Origin: Paragordius varius
Lineage: Eukaryota > Animalia > Nematomorpha
DNA: 64,000 nt
Assembly (NCBI GenBank): GCA_964247055.1
Contig: OZ176051.1
Coordinates: forward strand, 7,936,001 to 8,000,000
Direction of reading: 5' to 3'
Each line of letters starts with the position of its first letter. Position 1 is the stretch's first letter. The position numbers and the translations under genes were made by a program. Under the pieces are notes generated by a model that did not search any database, had not been told where the DNA came from, and saw nothing but the letters and a program-made list of their open reading frames with translations. Below, in pieces: positions 53,580-64,000 of this stretch.

Positions 53580-56500
53580 TTAATGAAGGGGATGTGTAGT
53601 AACCAATTGTTCATTCTCCGTAACATGATCAGATATCTAAAATGTACAAATATTAATTTTTTCAAATATAATTTTCATTGCATAAAATTATATATTGAAA
53701 TCGTAGGGTAAACCAAATTATACTTGCTTATAGAGAAAAAATTTCCCTCCATCATCACTTTTTATTGATTTATCAATGGCATTTTCTTTAATTTGTAATA
53801 ATGCGCGTTGTATATCTTCATGAGCATCCATACAAAAAACTTGAACCAATTTTAATTCCAGCGGTGCTGTTGGATAATTTTTTTGTAAGCCTAATATGTT
53901 TGGAATAGATTAAAATACTTGTATAATTTTAAGAAAAGAGTAATAAAAATAGAATAAAATTTTATATCACAATATTTCTTCAAAAGCTAAAAGACAAAAA
54001 GGATGTATTAAAACCTAGTCTCGTCGTTGTACTCATTCCTTTCCATTTTTTAAAAAAGTGTTCTTTATATATTTCTGATGGAATTACATTCCAAAATATA
54101 TTTTTACATAAATGGAAAACAAAATTATTTTCTTCTAAATAAAGCGTTTAAAACAGTTTTTAGAAATCGATAAATCGTGATCACAAGATGCAATGTTTGA
54201 ACAGCACTGTAGTATAACCATTTGACTTAAAAGACTCTGTAAATATTTTCTTTCTATTCAAAACGTTTTCAACTCAATATAAACTCAATTGCATCAATCG
54301 TACTAAAAGTGTGGTACAAAGTTACACCACATCTATGAAACAAAGTGCTACACAATAATATAATGCCTTATTACAATCAAAGTGTTTTTTATGGCTTACA
54401 TATAATTTATATTTTTTTTGAAACTTACAATAAACTTCCATATTTTATTACGTTAACAAAAAATTTCGATTTTTTTCCTGATATTTAGACAGTTTTTTCT
54501 TTTAAAGTCTAATTATTTCTCGAACGAGTCTAATTTTTAAAATATATATCATCATTTTATTTGAAATGGCAAAAATGATATTGTTAATCGTAAAAATTAA
54601 TAAGAAATTAGTTAAACATTTGCTGTCCAACATTTAAAGCTTTCAATAATAATTATACCTTCTCTAAAGACATATCGTCAAGATAATGCGAATCATGCCT
54701 TTAATATATATTTAACATATAACAAATGCTTATCTGTTCAAAGTTTTTTTAGTTTATTCGAATATATAGGGTTTATTAAGAACTAGACCATTACACTCAA
54801 TATATTATCTTATAAAATAAGGCTATACTTAGATTTTTAATCATAAAATTTCAAATGTCTATAAAGTAAAAACCCTTTTATGTAATACATATTATATATT
54901 TACTCATAACTAATCGAGACAAACAAGTAGTGGCTGTGAATAGGAGTGAAGCGGCTTCAGCAAACCTAATTAAGGAAAATTCATCATGTGTAAAAGGTTC
55001 CTTAACAAGGGCACGTCCATTCCCCTTAACCAACAAGTAATATTGAGCAAAAAAAGCAAATTGTGTAGCATCTCGTAGCAAGGTGCGTTGACATTGGCGG
55101 ACAATATTTATGGCTTATCAAAGATAATGTATGTAAAATAGTATTGCATATGTGATGGATTGAATTTTTTTGGAAAAGTATTATATAAGAAAGCACCTTA
55201 TCCACAATCAAATTAGTATTGAAACTAGGGTTGTGCATTTGACTGCTTTTTCAAAAAAGGCCAGACCCAGTCAGACCATGGTCATGACCAGTCATGACCA
55301 CTTTTTACATAAATAAATATCATGCATTGGATTGTGATTGTTCTAGATTGCGTATCACTAATGTCATTTTTTTCTTAAAAGTTTGTATTAATTTTTTTGA
55401 TATTTCTTACAAAAATTTTAAATCGAATTTAATCAGGAACTTGTTTGCAAATAAATTTTGCCACATGTTTGTGGTCTTTTAAATCTTCAATACATAGCTT
55501 TTAATACTGTATATTTCAAATAAAATTTTGCCTATTTTGTTTTACTCTTTCTTTCAATTAAATATCCAATTAGTTTTTCATTTTAATGGTTTAGGTATAT
55601 GGAATAATTGCATATTTTGCAAAGTGGATTGTTTTGTTTTTCGAAATAACTGGATATGCCTAAATGCTAATGTTATAAGGATGCATGTTTAACAAATTTA
55701 TATTGTTAAATAAGCATATTTAAAAATTTTATTTATATTTTTTATAAAATATAAAAAACAATAAAATCTTACTATCTCTCTTCCAAAAAAATTTACCAGC
55801 AATTTTCCAAACAACAGCTGTTTTTTAAATTACCATGGTCAAAATAAATAGTCACTGACCTGGTCATGACCCGGTCAAATGACTGGGTCATGACTTTGTC
55901 AGCACAACCCTAAGACCCGGTCAAATGACTGGGTCATGACTTTGTCAGCACAACCCTAATTTGTAACGTTGTGTAAGTAAAAGAGACAAACTAAAATTCC
56001 AAAAAAATATGTAAAAGCTAAAAATATTTAAGTGCATGTGGTTATCAAAACACTACCAATCTTGCATGTTTAAAAATATATATAAAAATTTAAAGTTACA
56101 GAAAAAGCGTCTATCAATATAAATTTAATGTTTTATGTCGTCTTCATGCATAATTTATCAAAAAATTATTTAAATAAAAACATTACCATTTTGTGGTAGA
56201 GATGTAAAGTTTTCATGTAACAATGATACATGCACTTTGTTGAAAGAATCTTGGAATGGCTGCAATGGTAAATTCATTGGACTAAACATAAAAATATATT
56301 TTTTAAAAATTACATAAATTTAATAATAATAATTGAATAAAAAATAAAATTTAAAATAAATCTTACTATCTTAGCCATTTCTTTAGTTCAGGCAATAGAA
56401 GGCTAAAATTACCAAAAGGATTTTTCATACTTTTTTGCATGTTCATAAGATATGTTCCAGCATACTAGGAATCAAAGGGAATAAAGGTATATAATAAAAA

Positions 56501-59500
56501 CTATAATCAATTTGCTTTTGTATAAAATATATAAATATAACCATAAAAAACGATTAATAGATTCCAATATAAGAATATTGTGCTCAAGATCGTATACAAA
56601 ATCTGAGATAATTTAATAATCATATATAAGCGTTAAAAAATGCAAATTGTACATATTTAATCATACTTGTAGGCCACCCAAACCAATAAAAACTTTAAGA
56701 ATTTCGGAAGTTCCTTCAAAAATACGGAAAATGCGCAAATCTCTAAGTACTCTTTCCAAACCAGTGGAAGTCATAAATCCGTTTCCACCATGAATCTGAA
56801 TGGCCTCATCAACGATATACCAAGCAAACTCCTATGATAATTAGTGTATTTATGTATGCAGGAACTAAAATCTTTTAATTATATATGTGTTTAGAATATT
56901 AACACTCTTTACAACATTTCAATACTCTCGTTTTATCAAAATTAGGGGTAGTACGCATGAATACAAATACTAAATCTAATCAGGTGAAAATAAAAAGGTA
57001 ATAAAAATAATTTAACTTAGGGTAATATCTTTTATAAACTAAAACTATTCATATTTCATTAGGAAGTTTGTAAACAATTTGTAATCTCATATATATATAT
57101 TCGCTTTGTAGCATTTAAACCCCAAATATTATAATGTTATTATACCGAGGCTAACATCTTAACCACGGCCGCTTCCAATTGATAATCTCCAGTATTTTCG
57201 GCCGTCGTCATTTTAGTAGCGTTAGATGATTTCTCCCCCAATTTTTCTTGGTCCATAATACCTGCAAGGGCATAGGAAATACTTTCAAGCGCATATTGTT
57301 TAGCTGACATTCGAGCCAATTTTTCTTGTATGGCCCCATAACTAGCTATGGGTTTGCCCTCAAACTGAACGCGATTCCGGGCAAATTGTGCACTGGCGGT
57401 TATAACGGCTCGACTGAGTCCAGCTAAGGCAGCACCCATCCCAAAACGCCCATTGTTCAATACGCTCATGGCTATTTTGAAGCCCTGTCCAGGGCGTCCG
57501 ATTAAATTTTCAACGGGTACCTGGGTGAATATGTAGCATAGTATTAACATCTAAAAAAACCACCTATTATATGAGGCGTAAGATTCAAACCCCCTTTTTT
57601 GCATAAACATTTAAAGAATACAGGTTCCTCATCATCAGTAATTAGAGCCTTTTTATATGCACTTAGCTTTGTACTGATAAATTTTCGACCCCTATATGAA
57701 TGTGTGTAATAATAACAATTTTAAAAAATCCAATTTAGAGGCACATTTAATTTTTGTTAATAGGGCTGGACCTAATATATGCAAACATGTCGTTTAAAAG
57801 TATCCCTTCTTTTTTGCATCGTTTGAAATTTAATAAACACGCACTTTTTACCAGTCGGCGTAAGGGGGCTGATGCACCGGGTGCCATAGGCGAAGCGCCG
57901 AATTTTAATAATTTTAATTTTATTTCAAAAAAATAGGTATTTTAATTATTATTTTAAATGAGCATAAAATAATTCATTTATAATTGGTTATGACCACGGT
58001 TTGAATTTGATTATTATTTTAAAAATGCAAGCGGTTGCATGTAAAGGGAGGGGCGAAATGCAAGCTAAGCCTCTGTTATCGATAGAGCTCTTTTTACAAT
58101 AAATTAAATTATTTATAAAAAAATCATAAATGTCTTGGTAATTTAACTCTAACTCAGCATTAACTATACAAAAATTGAAAAAATATTGTTTTAAATAAAA
58201 AAAGCTGATATAAAGAATATTATTACGATAACATCGTCAAAGTAAACTTCTGCAGTGTTCGATGCTTTAATACCCATTTTCTTTTCTGGTTTCCCATTCG
58301 TGACACCACCAAATTTTCGTTCCACAATAAAAGCGCATATATCTTTGTAACTATTTGTGACATTTTTTTCTATTGATTTTAACAATTTATTATAATAGAT
58401 AGGGTGTAAAGCCGTTAAATATATGTTTATTATGAAATGTTATTAAATTTTGAAAATTTATTACGTAAAAGATATATAAAATTAGCAATCTGGACTTGAT
58501 ATATACCATTTACGATTCAAATTCACTCTTTAATTCAAATGGCATAATTTATTATTTTTCGGTTTCATATTAATTTTAAACGTAATTACTTTTTTTAAAA
58601 CATAAAAAAATATAGGTGATTTTTAATCTAATACATAATTTATTTTAGGGTCAATTTGTTGTTCAAGGATGAATTTGAATTGTTTAATGGTGAATTTGAA
58701 TTGTTTAAGGGAGAATTTAAACGGTAAATAGTTTATATGAATAAGTACTCACTCGTTCTAAATTTTTGAATAATGCACCAAGTCATGCAAAATAGTATAT
58801 GAAATTTCTGGTAAATGCAACAAATTTTAATATAACTAATTGTGCTTTTTATCGGGTTAAGTACAACAACATCTCTTATATATTATTAAAATAAAGCATT
58901 TTTTTATCTATTTATAATAAGTCAATGATTAAACATATTCAACAAGAATAAAATTACCTTCAGCAAGATTCGTAGGTTGTTTATGATTCAAAAAATTATC
59001 TTTTGCTGTTGAACATCCTGGTACACGTGCAAAAACAGTAAATATTTCAGCAATGCCCCCATTACTTATCCATATTTTAGAACCTTTAAGTCTAAATGAT
59101 GTAATGTGTCCTGAATCATCGTTGCGTATAGGAGTGGCTATGGTTTGAATGCTAGCCGCATCAGATCCAGACCCAGGTTCCGTCAAACAAAATGCTGCAA
59201 TAGTTTTACCCTGTGCTAAATCAGGGAGGTATTTAGCTTTTTGTTCGTCTGTCCCATATAGGAGGATGGCTTTAAAACCTAGTGGGTAATATATATAAGT
59301 GGGTTAAAACTAGAAATTTTTAAGGAAGCATTTTTTGGTCCATAATTTTATTTATGTAATGCAATGATGAAAAGTAGCTCAATCACCTTTCTTCCTTATT
59401 TTGAATCAAAATAATAAGTTATAATTTAATAAAATATATGTCCATAAAAATTTTAAATTTGTAAGTGTCTCTTAATTATTGTAATAGCATTAAAACTTGG

Positions 59501-60208
59501 AAATTATTAATGCTTTCTTAATTTACATGAATATCAAAGATAGCATTAATTAGTATAATTTGAATTTCAAGCGCATTATTGAAAAAACGTTATTGAAACG
59601 TGAAAAAATTAACTGACCATGACTTGCATTCTAATTGAAACTAATCACAGTTATTTAACATGCGCTACAGTTACATATACAATACTTAACATATTGATGA
59701 ATTTATTTTGAGTAAAAATAAACTAAATGGTTAACTAATTACCTATGGACTGATGAGCACCAAGAGTTATACCGACTCCCATATCTAGACCCTCACCAAC
59801 ACACTCAACCATTCGGGCATATTGACTATTTGTCAAACCCAATCCATTCAAATTTTCCGGGACTTGAAGTCCAAACGCACCCATGCTCTTCAAATCATTC
59901 ATAACTCTATCTTCTACTTTTTCCAATTTATCATTTAAAGCTGGATTATTTATTTCCTAAATTCTAATAAAATATACTTTAAAAAACTTTTGTGTAGGCG
60001 TTACCAAAGCGTGTAGGACGTCTTTTTGTTCATTATTAAGTACTATTAATAAATTATATAACACTATACTTTGTGGGTAAGGATATATTTGCGAGGTTTT
60101 GACTCGGCCAATAAATAAATTTTTAATAAAAGATTCACTCTCCTAGAATATAAATAATTTACATACCTTAAAGCTTTTGGAATAATTACGATATATAAAT
60201 TTTTGCAT
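53580..60208 (-). CDS. ACADVL: Very-long-chain acyl-CoA dehydrogenase, 13 exons, ~674 aa
   Basis: Exons 60208-60167, 60142-60070, 60042-59978, 59956-59743, 59278-58958, 58369-58227, 57520-57146, 56831-56667, 56464-56367, 56281-56187, 55113-54904, 53890-53724, 53636-53580 (2025 nt). Motifs [53 protein letters not shown] and C-terminal TTHPL. ACAD9 is the alternative call. Confidence 0.88.
55226..55958. mobile_element. hAT-like MITE with a duplicated right end, in an ACADVL intron
   Basis: TAGGGTTGTGC...GCACAACCCTA TIR; gtcatgacc subterminal repeats. The right terminus occurs twice (ending 55912 and 55958). Flanks attgaaac/atttgtaac resemble a decayed TSD. Confidence 0.8.
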
Positions 60209-61078
60209 TATTATATCACATGGTTAAGGCGTCATTCACGCTACCACATCGAAAGCATTCATTATTATGATTTCATGGATATTGTTTAACCGTAGGAAGG
60301 CGGTACGGGTCGTCCTGTGCGGACAGTGAGGTAAGGAGGAAGCCTGTCACACCCTTTTCTGAATACCTGGATTGTTTAACCGAGGGTTTCTGCCCAATTG
60401 TTAATAGACTCCAAATTTATTTTATTTAAACCACTTATGAATATAATTATTAGGATAAGATTGAACATTTCTGTCTACGATATGATATATATTTAACAGT
60501 ATCCACAAAACCTAAAAACTTGATAACATGAGATATTTAGATCAGACTTTTATAAAATTTTAACTATATATTATAATTAGAAAACACAAAAAATATTAAA
60601 AAGAGTGAAGTATATCTTTAATAAATGCACTTGTTCTTTTAAAATAATATATGTAGCTCATTAAATTTCGCAAAATATCTATCTAAAACAGAAATCAATT
60701 TTGGACAATTAAATTTCATATCTTTAAGGCAGTGGTTCTAATTTTGTTCACGCACCACCAAAATAAAAAAAATTCTTGCGCCACCCCGTTCCTCCGGTCG
60801 CAGAAAAAAACAGATAAATTCATTTTTTTATATTATAAAATTGCAATTATTGATATATTTTTTCGATATCGGGGACAAATCTTTAAAAGAATTTAAGGTA
60901 TTTATCCAAATTTGGCGCCCCGCCTAGAATTTTCTATGCCCTCTTTTGAGGTATCCTTAGGAATAAATACCCTAATATTATTATAGAATTAATAGGTTTA
61001 TGTAAATATAAATAGAAATTTTATAAAAATATTTATATCACAAAAATTAGGGCTATAATTATTATATAATAATCCGTT

Positions 61079-61666
61079 TCATAATAATTTAAGATGTTTT
61101 GTTATAGTATCAATCATTATGACAGGTGCCGGGCCTATTCCTACAACGGTGTTAGTTCCAGGCGCTAATTGCGTTCTACCAGCGTCAGAAATGATAGATG
61201 TGACTAAGGGACATATTGAATTGGCACTATCTGGTGGAAAATTTATTTTAAATTTATTCGCTTCGGCATATATTTGTTGTAGTTCGGATTCTGACTCAAC
61301 TTTTAGAACGACTTTTGGTTGCCCATGTTTAAACCAATGATGTTGGAAAGTTGAAAAAAGAATTGCAGACGATTGTAACTCCTTAGATTTTCGAGAAATT
61401 GTATCGTAACAATCGACAGCTGCATGGCAGCATTGAGCAGCAATTTTTCCTTTACCCATATTTAAATCGTTTCTTACAACAATAACCATTTTATAATCCG
61501 CAAACCCCAGTGACTTGATGTAATCTACATTTATATTTAATGCACCTAAATTTATAGAATTCAATATATCCATGCTGCGATGTGGCTTTAATTTTTTAAA
61601 TAAAATTCCGATTAAAATCCCTGTTGTTAAAGAGGTGCTCACGAGCAATACATTTGAATCCCACAT
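61079..61666 (-). CDS. PTRH2: Peptidyl-tRNA hydrolase 2, single exon, 195 aa
   Basis: N-terminal hydrophobic anchor; KMVIVVRNDLNMGKGKIAAQCCHA, GQPKVVLK and DAGRTQLAPGTNTVVGIGP motifs. Confidence 0.95.
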   Translation of the reverse strand: MWDSNVLLVSTSLTTGILIGILFKKLKPHRSMDILNSINLGALNINVDYIKSLGFADYKMVIVVRNDLNMGKGKIAAQCCHAAVDCYDTISRKSKELQSSAILFSTFQHHWFKHGQPKVVLKVESESELQQIYAEANKFKINFPPDSANSICPLVTSIISDAGRTQLAPGTNTVVGIGPAPVIMIDTITKHLKLL

Positions 61667-62124
61667 GTAAAAACCAAATCAAAAAGGTTTTGTTTTTTAT
61701 AGTAATCTAATATACAGTATATACAATTTTTTTTAAAAGGGGTATTCATTTTTAAAGCTTAATATTAGCAAATAAACTGTTTAATTAAAAATTTAATTGA
61801 TATAATTCAGTGTATTAACTAAGGATTTATCCTAATTCTACAACCCAAAAATAGTTGTTTTGTTATAAAAATTTTGTTTTGTAGTTTTTCATGATTTGTT
61901 AAATTTTTAATGTAACTATGCTGAAAAAATTATAAATAAAACGGTGTCGACTATTAGTCTGAATATACGTGTACACTATTATTATGTAGCAAACTTAAAT
62001 GTTTTTGGTTTCTAACCTTAATGTTTAAGAGTCTATTTGGACTTTTGTGCTTATTAAGTTAATAAATAATCCCTAAATTTTGCCGCTTTAACAAAAATTT
62101 ATATGTTTTTCTAATTAACCCTCC

Positions 62125-62204
62125 ATGGCCTTTTGGGATCTTGTTCGAGAGCGTTTTGATTTGAATATCGATACCTTTTCTCTTTGTCCTAGTTTACATT
62201 TTGG
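62125..62204 (+). CDS. Possible first coding exon of a gene divergent from PTRH2
   Basis: ATG...MAFWDLVRERFDLNIDTFSLCPSLHF followed by GG|gtag; GC-richer patch; no further exon found in the window. Confidence 0.25.
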
Positions 62205-62679
62205 GTAGTTTTATATCTATTGGTAAATTTAATTATCAAACATTGTTTTATATATTAGTTAATAAGCTTATAATTTTTACAGTTTTGTGACTTCTACCGG
62301 GACAATCCTAAACACAATTGATAGCTGATATTAAAAATATTTATCAAGTATTTGCCGGTAAAATGTAGCCTAAAAGCTTAATGTCAATTATTTAAGTGTC
62401 CCAACCTAATTAGCGATTTAGCGATTATTGAAAATAATACGGCAAAAAAGTTTGAGATAGTGTTTTTTTCAATATTACATTTTAAAAAATTTATTTTGCA
62501 TATTGTGCCTAGAATATTAAGAAACAATCATAATAAAACTACCCCAAATGATATGGTAAGGTATTAAGCCGAATTAAAATGCTTTCTTTGACTTTAGGCG
62601 CATTTTGTAATAAATTAAAAAAAAATGTAAAAAACCCTCATTCTCAAACTTTTTCGCCGCCATTTTTTTCTTTATTATT

Positions 62680-63242
62680 TTAATACTCTACAACACATTT
62701 ATTTTAGTCTTTCGATTTAAATTGGGGTAGTTAAATACATCAGGCCTGTTTAAAATTAAATTCTTTTAAAAATATGGAAGGAATCAAAACCATGGCAAAA
62801 TCTTGCACTTATATAACATTAATAACCAAAATATACAAAAAAAATACTTGATATTACTTATTTTAAGCTAAAACCGAAAGGTTAAAATTTAGTCAACGAG
62901 ACATGCGTGCAATGGTAAAAATAAAAAATAATACAAAATAAACAGCTTTTTCTATTTCTATCAATGTTAGATGTAATAAAATAAAAAAGCTTTAGTTTTC
63001 CTTAAAGTTAAATGAAGACGATATTTTGCAAAAATTTTGTAAAATAAAAATGGCGTCAAAGTAGTTTGACATATAACTTTTTTTTCAAAACAAATTTTTT
63101 TAGATATCTTGGCATATTTATATAATTTTTATTAGGATAAAGGCATAAATTTAAATTGGGACCGTTTTCTTTAGTAGTTTTTTAAAAACCCTAACTCAAA
63201 TTTAGTCTGGGTTATTTAGATACCTTTGAGTCGAAGTGTTAA
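62680..63242. mobile_element. piggyBac-like MITE, copy 4
   Basis: Left end slightly deleted (ttaatactctacaacacattt...cgatttaaattggggtag); right end ...tcgaagtg-TTAA; core aaaaatggcgtcaaagtagtttgac at ~63046. Confidence 0.75.
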
Positions 63243-63249
63243 TCGCTAA

Positions 63250-64000
63250 TTCAATTATTACAATAGATATTATCAAAAATTCAGGCTATATTCTACCAGC
63301 AAAAACTTGATAAATTTTGGTATTGATCACGTTTCAATTGTGTTTTAGAGCCCAATTTTAGACTCTAAGTCACAAACCTGTAAGGAATAAAATTTATATC
63401 TTACACACTGTGCACAAAAAAATATCATGAAGGTAAATGCTATATATAAAAAAATGAAATCTAACCACATATTTTGCAATAAATTTTTTGGTGAAAGTTC
63501 TTTATTTCAAAAAATATCAATAAAATATATTAAATATTTATAAAAAGCAAGACAATATTTTTATAATATTTTAATTTTTAGACTTGAACTCCGAGAGTCT
63601 TATTTTGAGCGATTTTAAAACAGGCTAGTTTTTTAATATAAGCAAAAATTCCGGAATTGCGCGATATAATCCTTAAATATTTTTTATGAAAAAATATATA
63701 TATAAAATACATACTTTATACAAAAAATTAATTTTTAGCAAAATTTTATTGCAACGTATTTCATTCTTTTTTAGGCATCATGGACATGATAAAAACCCCA
63801 TAAAATATTAAAATTATTTTTTATATATAATTTGATGATGCTCAACATTTCCCTTACTTAAAAATTATGATTAAAATATTCCTTTGTCTTCCAATTTAAG
63901 TCAAATAATTGGGTTTTTATATAATTTACCAAATTTGTAAGTAAACGAAGCATTAAATTAAAACCAAATTATATTAAAATGTTTTTACAATATTAAAAAG
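63250..64000. repeat. Foldback-family repeat, left arm truncated by the window end
   Basis: gaactccgag, catcatggacatgataaaaac and gatgatgctcaacatttc match the 3060-3600 and 24540-24900 arms. Confidence 0.5.

Noticed and set aside
58655-58725. 21-bp tandem repeat reading NSPLNNS x3 on the minus strand with third-position variation, next to an apparent 5-nt micro-exon (ag|AACGA|gtgagt)
   Set aside because: No acceptor precedes the repeat, and the 5-nt exon would break the phase-1 join between ACADVL exons 59278-58958 and 58369-58227, which already fit directly.
1-64000. CRISPR arrays, tRNA, rRNA or prokaryotic operons
   Set aside because: None seen; gene structure is spliceosomal and eukaryotic, and the periodic repeats lack unique spacers.

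Overview
Very AT-rich eukaryotic (metazoan, invertebrate-like) genomic DNA with spliced genes; the species cannot be determined from sequence alone. Gene models assembled by hand from GT-AG junctions with frame checks: a terminal exon of an unidentified gene, TMEM19, a small two-exon CCHamide-like neuropeptide precursor missing from the ORF track, NDUFB6, a Rab8/10-type GTPase, a claudin/PMP22-like tetraspan gene with two alternative first coding exons, a DUSP19-like pseudophosphatase, ACADVL and PTRH2. Introns and intergenic DNA hold RTE-like LINE remnants, a TSD-flanked hAT transposon, hAT and piggyBac-like MITEs, about 1-kb foldback repeats, a ~160-bp tandem array and (TA)n tracts. Highlights: (1) at least nine coding 21-29 nt GT-AG micro-introns alongside multi-kb introns; (2) a claudin-like gene whose duplicated first exon gives either a 182-aa ordinary tetraspan or a 766-aa form with a huge Gly-rich, convertase-site-bearing first extracellular loop; (3) a CCHamide-like peptide lacking both histidines and the amidation Gly; (4) a DUSP19-like protein with a dead active site and a tropomodulin-like segment; (5) a Rab with the switch II Gln replaced by His; (6) a hAT element carrying an inverted second transposase copy. 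All family assignments come from remembered motifs, not database searches.
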